A DNA stretch of 64,000 nt from Chrysomallon squamiferum (lineage: Eukaryota; Animalia; Mollusca), in assembly GCA_012295275.1 (NCBI GenBank), contig CM022673.1, positions 16,306,001-16,370,000 of the forward strand. Direction: 5' to 3'. Of this stretch, positions 61,393-64,000 are shown one piece after another; the first letter of the stretch is position 1, and every line of letters begins with the position of its first letter. The position numbers and the translations under genes are program-made. The notes below the pieces were generated by a model. It was not told where the DNA came from. It saw nothing but the letters and a program-made list of their open reading frames with translations, and ran no database searches.

Positions 61393-62377
61393 ACATTTTC
61401 ATTCTCCCAAAATAGCTAATAACATTACTAGTAACAAGCAGCAAGGACCTATTTTGATACTTCATTTGATGACTCATGTTTTCACTCTGTAATAATTACT
61501 CATTTAAAGAATTTCTATTACCATCCTTTAAAAAAATCTTTTTCAAAGACATCAAAGAATATGTCCTCCTTTATTCAAGATAAATTTAAACACATCAGGT
61601 ACGGCTTGTATCACACCTCCATGTGTTAGTAAACAGTGGCTGGCTACATACAGAACTCTAAACAGGTGATAATATTTTGTTGATGAAGGTGATGAAAAGG
61701 TTATCTAAAATGATGTCTTCAAAGTAGGCAATAACTTCAACTAACTGACAAAGCTAGCCATAATTCCGGTTTCATCTTTGTGATTACACTTTTATGGGGC
61801 TAAAAGGTTGGGGGAAGATTTGTTACAACTTGTAGGTTAACTGGAAGTTGTGATTTATCTCCTCTTGCAGGAAGACTCTTTTATGTGATAAGAATAGAAA
61901 AGGTTAACAGGCTGATTTTTTTTCTTTCTTCAGATATCTTGGAAAACATGATAATAATATTATTGGCTCTTTTCTACTTGTGATTTATCTACTTCTGTAG
62001 GAGACTCTTTTATATGATAAGAGTAAGAAAAGTCATGACAAATAAACTCACAAAAGAACTTAGCTTTCTTTGCCTTATGGCAATAACACATTCAGCAAAT
62101 CAGCCAAAAATTAATCTTTTGTTTACATCCTTTCTTGATGGAACTGTTAGAGTTTTCTTTCCCATAAAAATGTATTTACCTGTTCAACACTGATTACTAT
62201 TACTCTATAGGTTTGATTTTGAATACATTTTATAATTTAAAATAACACTGATTGTGATTAAAAATAATCATTGCCATAATTATCATCATGATAATGATTA
62301 ATATTATTATCATTATCTGCATCATTGTTTTAATTTTACTTCTTATTGTTACTGATACTGTTATTTATTATTATTAT

Positions 62378-62410
<33 letters not shown>

Positions 62411-63188
62411 AAGTAGTAGTTGTAGTATTAGTATTACTATTGATCTATATTTTTCTTTACTTTTTAAATGCACTATTCCAGGTAAGAAAATATGCTGGTT
62501 TAAAATCAATATCCTAGTTTTCACGGTCAGCATTATCAGTATTATCAACATCATGACATTTAAAACATGTAATTTGATTCACTTTTTCACCTTCAGCTGG
62601 TTGAATCAGGCTCATCTACATCACCAGACAAATCATTAACAAGCGTTTCACCTGATACATGATTTAATAATTCAAAACATGGCTTTTTATACAACATTAA
62701 ACTTTAATATTCGACACGGCTCACATTATTTCATTTCATTGTAGGCAGAGAGTAACCTGGAATTAATATTATGGGAATTCTACGTGTAAAATCAATGCAA
62801 AACATATTGTTAGATTTCTAACATATTAAAAATGTATAAAAAAAAGTCATTTGAGTACAGTAAACAAGTAATTTGAATGGCATGGTGCTATGTAATTGGA
62901 TGGGGGAATGTAATAAGGATATTTCAATAACATGTAATTAACAAGTTTTAATTTCTGGAGGATTTTTTTTTTTCAATCTGTTCTATGTTTTCCTACATCA
63001 GTCTCCCTTTTATCTATTTTCCTTTTGACTCTTTCCTTCTTTAACTCTGTTTCCCTCTTTTTATTTCTCTCTCCATCTTAATATCAGTCTTTTCTCTATC
63101 TCTTTGTATTTCTCTCTTTATATCTCTCTCTTTCTGAATATAATAAATATATATCTATTCACACACATTCATGCTTGCATCTGTATCT

Positions 63189-63191
<3 letters not shown>

Positions 63192-63269
<78 letters not shown>
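63192..63269. repeat. (CT)n microsatellite
   Basis: Direct inspection. Confidence 0.98.
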
Positions 63270-63273
<4 letters not shown>

Positions 63274-63510
63274 CACCCTTTCTCCTTCTTTTCAGACTGC
63301 ATGTATAACTGGTTAATTGTATTTTTTCTGTGCTATTTTGTGCACTAGATAAACCACAGTAATAAACTATAGATGTGTGTTTTGACCTTGAACAGCTCAA
63401 AGAGTGCTCTGTAAGAAATAGAGGAATGTAACAAGGATATTTTGGTAACCTGTTATTAACAAGAATTGTTTTCCAGATTTTATATATATAATTATTTACA
63501 TACATTATTA

Positions 63511-63562
<52 letters not shown>

Positions 63563-64000
63563 ACTTGTTTTTTCAAAGTCTTTTAGTTTCCTGTGTTTCA
63601 TTCTCTCTCTCCAGTATTTAGTATATGAAGATTTTGTTTAAGAATTTACACAAGAAAGAAATGAATATACTTTCATTTGAGATGAGAGTTTTCATGTTTA
63701 ACACATTAAGAAACAAGCAAATAAATTTTGCAAAAAAAATAATAATGAAATAAAACCAATGAACAAACAGACACATGATTTTTCATATTCATCACAAGTT
63801 TTCATTTTCTGTTTTTAAAATATTAAGAGGTGGTTTGGAATGGAAGATAATGGATTAATCCTGAAACCAACAGTGTCTCAGACAAATGTTATATCACTAA
63901 GCTACATACAGTCCATTTTTTTTCAGAAATAAAAGATACAGTTGAATACTGTTGTTTTTGTTGGCGTTCACTCCATTTTAGTTTTTAACACATTTTCTTG

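Noticed and set aside
61140-61415. (MLKDQIVT)n ORF as a repeat protein
   Set aside because: By-product of a 24-bp intronic minisatellite; no splice signals or independent support.
54106-64000. Search for exon 10 and C1/SH3 exons
   Set aside because: AG sites checked (about 58747, 61870, 62744, 63296) gave no convincing open phase-0 exon; the gene probably continues beyond the window, though a short exon could have been missed by eye.

Overview
AT-rich, CpG-poor, microsatellite-dense animal genomic DNA; Nin/Deu-type SINE relics suggest a mollusc, but that is inference. Almost all ORFs in the supplied track are low-complexity artefacts. Reading splice sites by hand gives one large + strand gene with 9 coding exons (8003-8099, 27714-27822, 29232-29304, 32599-32751, 33245-33418, 33709-33789, 34376-34550, 35062-35213, 53994-54105) that continues past the window end. 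It encodes an N-terminal F-BAR domain plus a coiled-coil extension and resembles, from memory, the long isoform of invertebrate Stac-like (Dstac/Stacl) proteins. All splice phases fit except inside exon 7. There the frame ends at GGT-CCC-TGA-C (TGA 34490-34492), just after the F-BAR domain, and coding continues in the +1 frame. This is the geometry of an antizyme-type +1 ribosomal frameshift and is flanked by potential stems, although a 1-nt assembly error is not excluded. Other points: a GC-AG intron, an apparent internal promoter with an alternative first coding exon (53705-53929) out of phase with the exon 64 nt downstream, a 101-bp-arm intronic inverted repeat (47721-47961), a possible minus-strand CDS start at the left edge, SINE/MULE relics and many tandem repeats.
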